Shown here: in pieces, positions 12,423-22,064 of the stretch
Layout: the number at the start of each line of letters is the position of its first letter
How positions within the stretch are numbered: position 1 is the stretch's first letter
NCBI GenBank assembly: GCA_963826065.1
Contig: CAWGVP010000006.1
Span: forward strand, 213,961-277,960
DNA: 64,000 nucleotides
Source: an uncultured Gemmatimonadales bacterium
GTDB taxonomy: Bacteria > Gemmatimonadota > Gemmatimonadetes > Gemmatimonadales > GWC2-71-9
Reading direction: 5' to 3'
The notes under the pieces: generated by a model
Databases searched by the model: none
Seen by the model: the letters and a program-made list of their open reading frames with translations, nothing else
What the model was told of the DNA's origin: nothing
Position numbers and translations under genes: made by a program

Positions 12423-13271
12423 ATGGCCACACCCACGCTGACCACGCACACCCTTCCCGGATCGCTCGGCGACATTCTGATAGATGTCCGGGCCGGCGGT
12501 CGCACTTCGCCCCGGCCGGCCATCGTCGTGGTCCACGGATTCAAGGGGTTCAAGGACTGGGGGATGTTTCCTCCTCTGGCGGAGCGGCTCGCACGCGCGG
12601 GATTCGCGACCGTCACCTTCAACCTCAGCGGAAGCGGCGTGGACGCCGCCGGGGAATTCGCGTGGGCCGAGCGCTTCGGCCACAATACGTTTTCCGCCGA
12701 GCTGAGTGATCTCGGGCGGGTGATGGACTCGCTCGTCGCCGGGGAGCTCGGCGTCGCGCCGCCCAGCACCATCGGGCTGGTGGGACACTCCCGGGGAGGC
12801 GGCATCGCCGTGCTTCACGCGGCGGGAGATGCGCGGGTGAAGGCCCTCGTCACCTGGGCCGCGATCTCCAGCGTGGAGCGCTGGTCGCCCCACGAGGTGA
12901 CCGAGTGGCGGCAGCGAGGAGTGAAAGAGGTGGTGAACACCCGTACCGGCCAGCGGCTCCCCCAGTACCCCGACATCCTGGACGACGTCGAGCGCCATGC
13001 GGCCGGTACGCTCGACATCCTGGGCGCCGCCGCCAGGCTTCGGCTTCCGTGGCTCATCATCCACGGCCGCGAAGACGAGTCGGTGTCCCATGTCGAGGGC
13101 GATGCCCTCCGCGCCGCCAGCCCCCTGCCGACCACGCGGCTCCTGACGGTGGAAGGCGCGGGTCACACGTTCGGTGCGGGGCATCCGTGGGACCCCCAGA
13201 AGCACGAAACGCCCGAGCTGCGCCGGGTGTTCGACATGACCCTGGCGTGGTTCGCCGCGAACCTGGGCTGA
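12423..13271 (+). CDS. Alpha/beta fold hydrolase
   Basis: HGFKGFKDWG, GHSRGG nucleophile elbow, HGREDESV, GAGHTF. Confidence 0.9.
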   Translation: MATPTLTTHTLPGSLGDILIDVRAGGRTSPRPAIVVVHGFKGFKDWGMFPPLAERLARAGFATVTFNLSGSGVDAAGEFAWAERFGHNTFSAELSDLGRVMDSLVAGELGVAPPSTIGLVGHSRGGGIAVLHAAGDARVKALVTWAAISSVERWSPHEVTEWRQRGVKEVVNTRTGQRLPQYPDILDDVERHAAGTLDILGAAARLRLPWLIIHGREDESVSHVEGDALRAASPLPTTRLLTVEGAGHTFGAGHPWDPQKHETPELRRVFDMTLAWFAANLG

Positions 13272-13330
13272 GGTCAGCAGTCATCCCCGGCATCTTGACC
13301 GACACCACCCGATCCGCGAATCTCCCCAGC

Positions 13331-13558
13331 ATGCCCATCTACACCTACCGCTGTACCGCCTGTGACACCCGGTTCGACCGCCTCGTGCGGTCGGAAACGA
13401 CGGTCGCTTGCCCCGAGTGCGAGGGCCGCCAGCTCGAGCGCCTGATGTCGCTCACCGCCCCTCCCGCGACCGGCGGCAAGCCGGCCGATCTGAGCCGGCT
13501 GGGCCCGCCGCCCGGCGGGGGGTGCTGCGGCGGCGGTTGCCACACGCACAGCCACTGA
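13331..13558 (+). CDS. FmdB-family zinc-ribbon protein
   Basis: MPIYTYRCTAC...CPEC...GGGCCGGGC. Confidence 0.9.
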   Translation: MPIYTYRCTACDTRFDRLVRSETTVACPECEGRQLERLMSLTAPPATGGKPADLSRLGPPPGGGCCGGGCHTHSH

Positions 13559-14127
13559 CCACCCGCCTCACCGGCCTCCGCAGCCGTCTCGCCGCCCAGC
13601 AGCCGCTCACGGATGAGGGGGACGATCCGCTCATCTGGGCGGCGGTGGCGGTGGTTCTCACTCCCGACCCCGACTCCGTTCTTCTCATCCGGCGCGCCGA
13701 GCGCGCCGGGGATCCATGGTCCGGACACATGGCGCTGCCTGGCGGCCGCCAGGATCCGGCCGATCACGATCTCGTCGCCACCGCCGTCCGCGAGACCCTG
13801 GAAGAGGTGGGCCTCGCCCTGCGGCAGGATCAGCTGGCGGGCAGCCTGGACGATGTGGTGCCGAGAACGCCGGTGCTGCCGCCGATCGCCGTCCGGCCGT
13901 ACGTGTTCGTCCTGGACCGCAAGCCCGAGCTGGTGCTGAACCCGGAGGTCGCGGCCGCCGACTGGGTTCCCCTGGACCTCCTGCTTCACCCGGAGACCTA
14001 TCACACGGTCCGGTTCGAGATTCGGGGCGAGAGTCGCGAATTCCCGGCCTACCGGGTGCAGGAGGCGGTGGTCTGGGGGATGACGGAGCGGATCCTGTCG
14101 GGGCTGCTCGCGCGCCTGCGGGAGTAA
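13537..14127 (+). CDS. NUDIX hydrolase, CoA pyrophosphatase family
   Basis: DPWSGHMALPGGR...AVRETLEEVG, NPEV, VWGMT; start is TTG 13537 or CTG 13555. Confidence 0.88.
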   Translation: MPHAQPLTTRLTGLRSRLAAQQPLTDEGDDPLIWAAVAVVLTPDPDSVLLIRRAERAGDPWSGHMALPGGRQDPADHDLVATAVRETLEEVGLALRQDQLAGSLDDVVPRTPVLPPIAVRPYVFVLDRKPELVLNPEVAAADWVPLDLLLHPETYHTVRFEIRGESREFPAYRVQEAVVWGMTERILSGLLARLRE

Positions 14128-14141
14128 CCTCCCACCCCTTC

Positions 14142-14190
14142 TTGACATTAGACCCACCTCACCTCAGATTTAGGCACACCTAATTCTGAG
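14142..14190 (+). promoter_or_regulatory. Sigma70-like promoter overlapped by a DtxR/MntR-type operator palindrome
   Basis: TTGACA 14142-14147, 17-bp spacer, CAGATT; inverted repeat CTCAGATTTAGG-caca-CCTAATTCTGAG 14163-14190 with TTAGG-N4-CCTAA core, just upstream of the regulator ATG. Confidence 0.75.
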
Positions 14191-14196
14191 TTTCGG

Positions 14197-14883
14197 ATGA
14201 ACGCAGCCCTACAACACGAGAGCCTGACTCGGTCCGTCGAGGACTATCTCAAGGCCATCTACCGGCTTTCGCCGCAGGGCCGGGCCGCGTCCACCAGCGA
14301 GATCGCGCAGCGGCTCGAGCTGTCGCCGGCCTCGGTCAGCGGAATGGTCAAGCGGCTCTCGGAGCAAGGTTTGCTGGAGCACGTGCCCTACAAGGGCGTC
14401 CAGCTCACCGCGGACGGCCGGCGCGCGGCGCTCCGCATGCTCCGGCGGCACCGGCTGATCGAGGCCTATCTCGTGGCGTTCCTGGGCTACACCTGGGACA
14501 CGGTCCACGACGAGGCGGAGCGGCTGGAGCACGCGGTGTCCGACACGATGGTCGAGCGGATGGCCGCCGTGCTCGGCAACCCGACCGTGGATCCCCACGG
14601 CGATCCGATCCCGACCTCCGACGGCGACATCAACGAGCCGGCCAGCATCCCGCTCTCGGAGGTGCCTGCCGGAGTGTCGGTGGAGATCCGGCGGGTCGAA
14701 GAGAGCCAGCCCGAGCGTCTTCGGTACATCGCCTCGGTGGGCCTTCGCCCCGGCGTTCACGTCACGGTGCTCGACCGGCAGCCCTTCCACGGCCCCATCA
14801 CGATCGATGTGGCCGGTCGCCAACACGTCATCGGCAACGAGCTGGGTCAGGTCGTGCGCTGCGCCAGCGACGAGGATGCATGA
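14197..14883 (+). CDS. mntR: DtxR/MntR family metal-dependent regulator with FeoA domain
   Basis: [33 protein letters not shown]-terminal FeoA/SH3-like domain; adjacent to mntH. Confidence 0.9.
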   Translation: MNAALQHESLTRSVEDYLKAIYRLSPQGRAASTSEIAQRLELSPASVSGMVKRLSEQGLLEHVPYKGVQLTADGRRAALRMLRRHRLIEAYLVAFLGYTWDTVHDEAERLEHAVSDTMVERMAAVLGNPTVDPHGDPIPTSDGDINEPASIPLSEVPAGVSVEIRRVEESQPERLRYIASVGLRPGVHVTVLDRQPFHGPITIDVAGRQHVIGNELGQVVRCASDEDA

Positions 14884-16235
14884 GCGCCTCGACGCCTCCT
14901 CTCGACGTCCTGACCGGCTGGCGGTACCCCCGCAGCCAGCCCAGTCTGCCGGAGTCGCACGCCTCGGTACGGGTGCCTCGACGCGGCTCGTTCTGGCGCA
15001 AGGCGCTGGCCTTCGCCGGACCGGGCTACATGGTGGCCGTGGGCTACATGGATCCGGGCAACTGGGCCACGGACATCGCCGGGGGCGCGCGCTTCGGTTA
15101 CACGCTGCTCAGCGTCATTCTGCTCTCCAACCTGATGGCGATGCTGCTCCAGTCGCTCGCGCTGAAGCTCGGCATCGTCACCGGCCGGGACCTGGCCCAG
15201 GCCTGCCGCGACCACTACTCGCGCCCGGTCAGCTTCGTGCTCTGGGTGCTGTGTGAGATCGCCATCGCCGCCTGCGACCTGGCGGAAGTCATCGGCGCGG
15301 CCATCGCCCTCAACCTGCTGTTCGGCATCCCGCTGATCTGGGGCGTGGTGCTGACGGCGTTCGACGTGCTGCTGATCCTCCTGCTCCAGAACAAGGGCTT
15401 CCGCTGGCTGGAGGCGTTCATCATCGCGTTGATCGCCTCGATCGGCATCTGCTTCGCGGTCGAGCTGGCCATGGCGCGGCCCGATCTTGCCGCGGTGGCC
15501 CGCGGTCTGGTGCCGACGGGCGAGATCGTCACCAACCCGATGATGCTCTACATCGCGATCGGCATCCTCGGCGCCACGGTGATGCCGCACAACCTCTACC
15601 TGCACTCCTCGATCGTGCAGACCCGGCGGGTGGCGCCCGATCCGGCGTCGAAGCGCGAGGCGATCCGCTTCGCCACCCTCGACTCCACCGTCGCGCTGCT
15701 GTTCGCGTTCTTCATCAACGCGGCGATTCTGATTCTCGCCGCGGCGACGTTCCACCAGAGCGGGCACCAGGACGTGGCCGACATCGGCGACGCCTATCAT
15801 CTCCTGGCGCCGCTGCTGGGTACCACGGCGGCCGGCACGCTCTTCGCCGTGGCGCTGCTGGCCGCGGGCCAGAACTCCACCATCACCGGCACGCTCGCCG
15901 GCCAGATCGTGATGGAGGGATTCCTCGACATCCGGCTGCCCGCGTGGCTCCGCCGGCTGATCACCCGGCTCATCGCGATCGTGCCGGCCGTGATCGTCAC
16001 CGCGCTCTACGGCGAGCGCGGCGCGGCGGGGCTCCTCATCCTGAGCCAGGTGATCCTGAGTCTTCAGTTGTCCTTCGCGGTGGTGCCGCTGGTCCGGTTC
16101 ACCGGCGAGCGGCGGAAGATGGGCGAGTTCGCGAACGGCCGGGTGCTCTCCGCCGGCGCGTGGGCCGTGGCGGCGGTGATCGTCGGGCTCAACGGGTGGC
16201 TGCTCGTCGGGACGTTCAGGGAGTGGATGGCGTAG
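14880..16235 (+). CDS. mntH: Nramp divalent metal (Mn2+/Fe2+) transporter
   Basis: [33 protein letters not shown]. Confidence 0.96.
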   Translation: MSASTPPLDVLTGWRYPRSQPSLPESHASVRVPRRGSFWRKALAFAGPGYMVAVGYMDPGNWATDIAGGARFGYTLLSVILLSNLMAMLLQSLALKLGIVTGRDLAQACRDHYSRPVSFVLWVLCEIAIAACDLAEVIGAAIALNLLFGIPLIWGVVLTAFDVLLILLLQNKGFRWLEAFIIALIASIGICFAVELAMARPDLAAVARGLVPTGEIVTNPMMLYIAIGILGATVMPHNLYLHSSIVQTRRVAPDPASKREAIRFATLDSTVALLFAFFINAAILILAAATFHQSGHQDVADIGDAYHLLAPLLGTTAAGTLFAVALLAAGQNSTITGTLAGQIVMEGFLDIRLPAWLRRLITRLIAIVPAVIVTALYGERGAAGLLILSQVILSLQLSFAVVPLVRFTGERRKMGEFANGRVLSAGAWAVAAVIVGLNGWLLVGTFREWMA

Positions 16236-16266
16236 TCCGTAGGTGAACCGTTCGGAGGAACCGATC

Positions 16267-17283
16267 ATGTCCAATCGAAAAGTCTCCCGCCGCGACGCCC
16301 TGAGGGCCGGCGCGCTCGGCACCGTCGGCCTCGCCGCCGGCGCCGGCGGGCTCTCGCTCCAGGCGCTCGGGCAGAGCACCGCGGCGCAGAGCCCGACCCA
16401 GGGCTCGCATCACGACATGATCACGGTGGGCCAGATCGCCCCCGGGTCTTTCGACCCGACCGCCTTCCTCACTCGGTTCGACGGCGGCAACGTCTCCCGC
16501 CTTCCGTCGGGACAGGTGCTGCGGGAATTCCAGCTGGTGGCGGAGGACCGGGAGATCGAGGTGGCCCCCGGGGTGTTCTACCCGGCCTGGACCTACAACG
16601 GGCAGGTGCCCGGCCCCACGATCCGCTGCACCGAAGGCGACCGCCTGCGGATTCACTTCACCAACAAGGGCAGCCACTCACACAGCATTCACTTCCACGG
16701 GATCCACCCATCCGGCATGGATGGCGCGTTCGAGCCGGTGCATCCCGGCCGCAGCTTCGTCTACGAGTTCGACGCCGAGCCGTTCGGGCTCCACTTGTAT
16801 CACTGCCACACGGTGCCGATCAAGCGGCACATCCATAAGGGACTCTACGGAGCCTTCATCATCGATCCGAAGGAGGGGCGTCCGCCGGCCAATGAGATGG
16901 TCATGGTGATGAACGCGTTCGACACCAACTTCGACAACGAGAACGAGGTCTACGCGGTCAACACGGTCGCGTTCCACTATCAGAAGCATCCGATCCCGGT
17001 GCGGCAGCACGAGCTCAATCGGGTGTACGTGGTCAACGTGACCGAGTTCGACCTGCTCAACTCGTTCCACATCCACGGCAACCTCTACCGGCTCTACCGG
17101 ACCGGCACCGACCTCCAGCGCTACGAGTACACCGACATGGTGTCCCTGGCCCAGGGCGAGCGGGCGATTCTGGAGTTCACCTACAAGCATCCCGGCCCGT
17201 TCATGTTCCACGCCCACCAGAGCGAGTTCGCCGAGCTGGGATGGAGCGGAATCTTCCTGGTGCAGGAGGTGCCCCATGCCTGA
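16267..17283 (+). CDS. Tat-exported two-domain multicopper oxidase
   Basis: SRRDAL Tat motif; HSIHFH, YHCH...HIHKGL, FHIHG, FHAH copper motifs. Confidence 0.9.
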   Translation: MSNRKVSRRDALRAGALGTVGLAAGAGGLSLQALGQSTAAQSPTQGSHHDMITVGQIAPGSFDPTAFLTRFDGGNVSRLPSGQVLREFQLVAEDREIEVAPGVFYPAWTYNGQVPGPTIRCTEGDRLRIHFTNKGSHSHSIHFHGIHPSGMDGAFEPVHPGRSFVYEFDAEPFGLHLYHCHTVPIKRHIHKGLYGAFIIDPKEGRPPANEMVMVMNAFDTNFDNENEVYAVNTVAFHYQKHPIPVRQHELNRVYVVNVTEFDLLNSFHIHGNLYRLYRTGTDLQRYEYTDMVSLAQGERAILEFTYKHPGPFMFHAHQSEFAELGWSGIFLVQEVPHA

Positions 17284-18511
17284 GGTCCAGGCACCGGCGC
17301 CCGCCGAACGCGCGCCGGTCTCGCCGCTCTCGCCGGAGCCTCCCCGGCGCGGAGGGATGCCGCTCTGGTTCAAGGGCCTGGCGCCCCTGGTGCTGCTCGC
17401 CGGACTGGTCTTCCTCTTCCTGCGCCTGGGTCCGGTGGGCGTGTTTCGCGCGACGTTCCCGCCCATCGAGGAACTGACGCTGGAGCGGGTGCGACTCCCC
17501 GCGCCGGGCGTCATGGAAGTGACCGTGGTCAACGGCGGGCCCGAGCCGGTCACCGTGGCCCAGGTCATGGTGGACGACGCCAACTGGGTCCATACCGTCG
17601 ACGGGCGCCGCAGGATGGAGCGGCTCGAGCGGCGCACGGTCCGGATCCCGTATCCCTGGGTCGAGGGCGAGCCGCACACGGTGACCCTGGTAACCAGCAC
17701 CGGACTCACGTTTTCGACCGACGTCGCCGTGGCGACCCGGTCGCCGGCGGTGGATTCGCGCTACCTCGGCACCTTCGCGCTTCTCGGGGTGTACGCCGGG
17801 GTGATCCCGGTCTTCATCGGGCTGCTCTGGCTGCCCTTCGTGCGGTCGGTAGACCGGAAATGGATCGACTTCTTCCTCAGTCTCACGATCGGACTGTTGG
17901 TGTTCCTCGGCGTAGACGCGCTGGAGGAGGCGCTCGCCACCTCGGCCTTCGTTCCCAGCGCCTTCCAGGGTCTCGCGCTGGTCGTGTTTGGCTTGCTCGG
18001 CACGCCCCTGGTGATCGGCGCGCTGGGTGAATGGCGGTCCCGGGCGCGGGGCGGCCGGTCGCCGATCTGGGTCGCCGCGCTCATCGCCTTCGGTATCGGC
18101 CTCCACAACCTCGGCGAAGGCCTCGCCATCGGGACCTCTTACGCGACCGGGGAGATCGCGCTCGGCACCTTCCTGGTGATCGGCTTCCTGCTGCACAACA
18201 CCACCGAGGGGCTCGGGATCGTCACGCCCCTCGCCGGGGAGCGGCCGAAGATCTCGACCCTCCTCGCGCTCGGCGCCCTGGCCGGCGTCCCGACCATCAT
18301 CGGCGCGTGGATCGGCGGGTTCACCTATTCGCCGGTGTGGACCACGCTCTTCTTCGCCGTCGGCGCGGGCGCGATCGTGCTGGTGGTGTACGAGCTGTGG
18401 CGACTGTTCGCCCGGCGGTCTCCCGCCGGCCTCCTGGCACCGCTCAATGCGGCGGGGGTACTGATCGGGATGCTGATCATGTACGCCACCGGCCTGCTGG
18501 TGACCGCGTGA
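17276..18511 (+). CDS. ZIP family metal transporter with N-terminal extracytoplasmic domain
   Basis: GLHNLGEGLAIG and LHNTTEG ZIP motifs. Confidence 0.9.
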   Translation: MPEVQAPAPAERAPVSPLSPEPPRRGGMPLWFKGLAPLVLLAGLVFLFLRLGPVGVFRATFPPIEELTLERVRLPAPGVMEVTVVNGGPEPVTVAQVMVDDANWVHTVDGRRRMERLERRTVRIPYPWVEGEPHTVTLVTSTGLTFSTDVAVATRSPAVDSRYLGTFALLGVYAGVIPVFIGLLWLPFVRSVDRKWIDFFLSLTIGLLVFLGVDALEEALATSAFVPSAFQGLALVVFGLLGTPLVIGALGEWRSRARGGRSPIWVAALIAFGIGLHNLGEGLAIGTSYATGEIALGTFLVIGFLLHNTTEGLGIVTPLAGERPKISTLLALGALAGVPTIIGAWIGGFTYSPVWTTLFFAVGAGAIVLVVYELWRLFARRSPAGLLAPLNAAGVLIGMLIMYATGLLVTA

Positions 18512-19272
18512 GGGCCGACCCGTGTCACCGTCTGGCCTCCCTCACGGTGCTCGCTGTCCTGCTTGCCGGCTCCCCCCTCGCCGGCCAGGACGGTCACATA
18601 GCCGACAACAGTTTCCTGGTAGAGGAGGCGTACAACCAGGAAGCCGGGGTGGTGCAGCACGTCACCACGTTCTCCCGTGCCGAGGCGGGCCACGTGTGGG
18701 ACCTGGGATTCACCCAGGAATGGCCGCTCCGCGGAATCCGCAATCAACTCAGCTACACCATCCCCGTCCTCGACCCTGGTACCACCGGCACCGGTCTCGG
18801 TGACCTCTCCATCCATTACCGCCATCAAGCGCTCGGCAACGGAGGAAGCGAGCTGCACGTGGCACCTCGATTCTCTCTGGTCCTGCCTACCGGCAGTGAG
18901 GAGAAGGGACGGGGCAGCGGCGGGCTCGGGCTCCAGGGCAGCGTGCCGGTGAGCGTGGTGGTGAGCCAGGCCATCGCCACCCACTACAATGCCGGCCTGA
19001 GCCTCGAGACCGAATCGGGGACGGTGGATGCCCACCTCGGGGCCAGCGGCATCCTGAGGGTCCAACCGTGGATCAACTTCATGCTGGAGACGGTGTGGAG
19101 CAGCGCAGACGAGGATGTGGTTCTGCTCAACCCTGGCGTTCGCTGGGCCTTCGACTTCGAGGGTGGGCTCCAGATCGTCCCGGGACTGGCCTATACGCTC
19201 GCGCTGGGCGGCGGGGAGCCGGACGCGCTATTCATTTACTTGAGCTTCGAGCACCCATTTCGCGGCCAATAG
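18508..19272 (+). CDS. Putative outer-membrane beta-barrel channel (MetA-pathway/transporter-like)
   Basis: GTGA overlap with ZIP gene, signal peptide, DNSFLVEEAYNQE, GLGD...LPTG pattern, amphipathic strands, near-terminal EHPF. Confidence 0.72.
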   Translation: MRADPCHRLASLTVLAVLLAGSPLAGQDGHIADNSFLVEEAYNQEAGVVQHVTTFSRAEAGHVWDLGFTQEWPLRGIRNQLSYTIPVLDPGTTGTGLGDLSIHYRHQALGNGGSELHVAPRFSLVLPTGSEEKGRGSGGLGLQGSVPVSVVVSQAIATHYNAGLSLETESGTVDAHLGASGILRVQPWINFMLETVWSSADEDVVLLNPGVRWAFDFEGGLQIVPGLAYTLALGGGEPDALFIYLSFEHPFRGQ

Positions 19273-19315
19273 GCTCCGACTTTCGCCGCGCCTTCCGTGC
19301 CTCCCTGGTGGACCG

Positions 19316-20128
19316 TTGATTCTCGCTCTTCATCTGACATTGCTCTTGTCTCAGGGAGCTCCACCCGCGACCGAGGTCGCCATCGAGCGCCCCGTCGCCG
19401 AGCGCCTGCATCTGGCCGTGGGCGACACCGTGCGCCTCGGCGCCGCCCCGGACTCCCTGCGGCACCTCGGCGTGATCGTCGCCATCTACGAGCCCCGGCC
19501 CGACCCGGCCGAGATCTCCAGACGGGAGCTCAGGGTCCGGCTGCACCTGCCGGATCTGGCCGAACTGCTCGGCGCCCCCGACAGGGTTGACCGCTTCGGC
19601 GTGGGGCTCGTCGCAGGCGTCCCGTCCGATTCCGCCGTCGCGGTGCTGAACCGGTCGGCGTACGGGTTCCGGGCTCATCGCTCCGACGTGATCGCCTCGG
19701 AATCGTCCCAGACCTTCAAGGTGGTGAGCCGGTTTCACCGTGCGATCGCGGTCATCACGATCGTCGCGAGCGCGGTGTTCCTGCTCTGCATCATGCTGCT
19801 CAAGGTGGACGAGCGCAGGATGGACGCCGCCGTGATGCGGTTCGTCGGTGTCCGGCGGCGGACGATCTTCGCGGCGCTGGTGCTGGAGGCCGCGCTCATC
19901 GCCGTCGTCGGCTCGGTGCTGGGCGCCGGCCTGGCCTATCTCGCCGGCGCAGCGACCAACGCCTACTATCGTAGGTTCTTCGACACCGAGCTGATCTTCT
20001 CGCTGATCACGCCGCGGATCGTGCTCTTCAGCGGCTGCCTGTCGCTGCTGCTCGGCCTCGCGGCCGGTGCGGTCGCCGCGTGGCGGCTGGTCCGCACCAG
20101 GCCGATGGTGCTCTGGGGCCGGGCGTGA
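19316..20128 (+). CDS. ABC transporter permease (FtsX domain)
   Basis: ERRMDAAVMRFVG...LEA motif with C-terminal TM helices. Confidence 0.85.
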   Translation: MILALHLTLLLSQGAPPATEVAIERPVAERLHLAVGDTVRLGAAPDSLRHLGVIVAIYEPRPDPAEISRRELRVRLHLPDLAELLGAPDRVDRFGVGLVAGVPSDSAVAVLNRSAYGFRAHRSDVIASESSQTFKVVSRFHRAIAVITIVASAVFLLCIMLLKVDERRMDAAVMRFVGVRRRTIFAALVLEAALIAVVGSVLGAGLAYLAGAATNAYYRRFFDTELIFSLITPRIVLFSGCLSLLLGLAAGAVAAWRLVRTRPMVLWGRA

Positions 20129-21318
20129 CCGGGCTGATCTGGGGCCTCAAGAGCCTGGGTCGCCACCCGCTCCGCACGGCGCTCTCGCTCGCGGGCATCG
20201 CCGTCGCCTCCGCCATGCTGCTCGACATGGTGATGCTGAGCGGCGGAATCGAGAAGTCGTTCAGCGAGATGCTGCTCGCCCGCGGCTATCAGATCCGGCT
20301 GACTCCGAAGGGAACGTTGCCGTTCGACACCGAGGCCTCGATTCCTGGTGCGTCCGCGGTAGTGAGGACGATTCGTGCGGAGCCCGGGGTCGCGGCCGCC
20401 GGCGCGCTGCTCGGCACCTCGATCTACGGCCGCAGGTCCGACTCGCTCGTCACGCTCGTCGGGTACGGCATCGACCCCGAGGCGCAGGGCACCTACCAGC
20501 TGCTTTCGGGCGCCGATCTCTCCCCCGGCGATAGCGTCGGCGTTCTGCTGAGCGAGCCCGCGGCCGAGCTCCTGAGCGCGGGGCCCGGCGACACCGTTGC
20601 ACTGATCGGACGGCTCGATCCCCAGATCGCCCATGCCGCGGTGGATCGCCGGTTGGTCGCGCGTGGCGTCGTGCGCTGGCTCTACGACTACCGCGGCCAG
20701 CCATCGGTCGGCACCGCGCTGCCGGTGATGCAGCGGTTCGATGGCAATGCCTCCGCCGACCCGGCCTCGCTGCTTCTGGTGAAGGTCGCGGACGACCGCT
20801 CGGTCGAAGAGGTCGCCTCGCGCCTCCGCGAGCGGCTCCCCGGCCTGGAGGTGAACAGCGTCGAGGACCTGGTGGGGCAGGCCAAGCGGCGGCTGGCCTA
20901 CTTCACTCAGCTCTCCTTCGTGCTCGGCGGAATGAGCCTGATCGTGGCGGTGCTTCTGGTGGGAACGCTCCTCACCATCACCGTGAACGAGCGTCTCGGC
21001 GAGATCGCGACGCTGCGGGCCATCGGCGTGCGCCGCAGCACGATCGTGCGACAGGTCCTCGCGGAGGGGGTGGCGTTGACGGTGCTGGGCTCGGGCGCCG
21101 GCATCCTTCTGGGGCTGGTGACCGCGGAGTACCTCGACGCGATTCTCACCAGCTTCCCGGGGCTGCCCGCGTCCTTCTCCTTCTTCGTGCCCCGGACCGG
21201 TACCCTGAGCCTCGCCGCCATGGTCCTGCTGGTGACCGGATCGCTGGCGGGGCTCTACCCCGCCTGGCTCGCATCCCGCGCCCCCATCGCCGCCACGCTC
21301 CGCGCGGAGGCGACCTGA
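20125..21318 (+). CDS. ABC transporter permease (MacB/LolE-like)
   Basis: RHPLRTALS N-terminus, periplasmic domain, ERLGEIATLRAIG, YPAWLAS. Confidence 0.9.
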   Translation: MTGLIWGLKSLGRHPLRTALSLAGIAVASAMLLDMVMLSGGIEKSFSEMLLARGYQIRLTPKGTLPFDTEASIPGASAVVRTIRAEPGVAAAGALLGTSIYGRRSDSLVTLVGYGIDPEAQGTYQLLSGADLSPGDSVGVLLSEPAAELLSAGPGDTVALIGRLDPQIAHAAVDRRLVARGVVRWLYDYRGQPSVGTALPVMQRFDGNASADPASLLLVKVADDRSVEEVASRLRERLPGLEVNSVEDLVGQAKRRLAYFTQLSFVLGGMSLIVAVLLVGTLLTITVNERLGEIATLRAIGVRRSTIVRQVLAEGVALTVLGSGAGILLGLVTAEYLDAILTSFPGLPASFSFFVPRTGTLSLAAMVLLVTGSLAGLYPAWLASRAPIAATLRAEAT

Positions 21319-21320
21319 CC

Positions 21321-22064
21321 GTGGCCCCGCCGATGCTCGTCGCCCGCGACCTCCGGAAGGACTACCCCATGAACGGGGAAACGGTCCATGCGCTCCGCGG
21401 CGTCTCGCTTTCCGTGGGGCCCGGGGAGTATGTGGCGATCGTCGGCCCGTCGGGCAGCGGCAAGTCCACGCTGCTGCAGATCGTGGGAGGCATCGACCCG
21501 CCGAGCGGCGGGACGGTGGAGATCCTGGGCACCAGGCTGGACGCGCTGAACGATCGCGAGCTGACTCGTCTGCGTCTCACCCGGCTGGGGTTCGTGTTCC
21601 AGCGCTTCCATTTGCTCCCCGTTCTCACGGCACGCGAAAACGTGGAGCTGCCGATGGCGGAGGCCGGTCTGAAGGGTCCCCAGCGCCGGGCCCGGGCGCG
21701 CGAGCTGCTCGACTACGTCGGCCTCGGCCATCGGGAAGGGCACCGCGCGACCCAGCTCTCCGGCGGCGAGATGCAGCGGGTGGCCATTGCGCGCGCGCTG
21801 GCGAACCGGCCCGCGATCCTCCTCGCCGACGAGCCGACCGGCGAGCTGGACGCCGCGACCGGCCAGGAGATCCTCGACCTGTTCCGCCGCCTGAACCGCG
21901 ACGGTACCACGCTGCTGGTCGTCACCCACGACGACCGTCTCGCCGCCCACGCGGGCCGGGTAGTTCACATGCTCGACGGCCGGATCGTCTCCGATCTCGC
22001 CTCCCCGGCCGGCGGCTCGACCGACCCCGCCCCGCCGCCGCGCCGCCCCGCTGCCACGCCGTGA
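21321..22064 (+). CDS. ABC transporter ATP-binding protein (LolD/MacB-like)
   Basis: GPSGSGKST, LSGGE, LADEPTG, VTHD. Confidence 0.95.
   Translation: MAPPMLVARDLRKDYPMNGETVHALRGVSLSVGPGEYVAIVGPSGSGKSTLLQIVGGIDPPSGGTVEILGTRLDALNDRELTRLRLTRLGFVFQRFHLLPVLTARENVELPMAEAGLKGPQRRARARELLDYVGLGHREGHRATQLSGGEMQRVAIARALANRPAILLADEPTGELDAATGQEILDLFRRLNRDGTTLLVVTHDDRLAAHAGRVVHMLDGRIVSDLASPAGGSTDPAPPPRRPAATP

Noticed and set aside
18521-18530. CGTGTCACC as another REP arm
   Set aside because: Match ends after the tag; no hairpin follows
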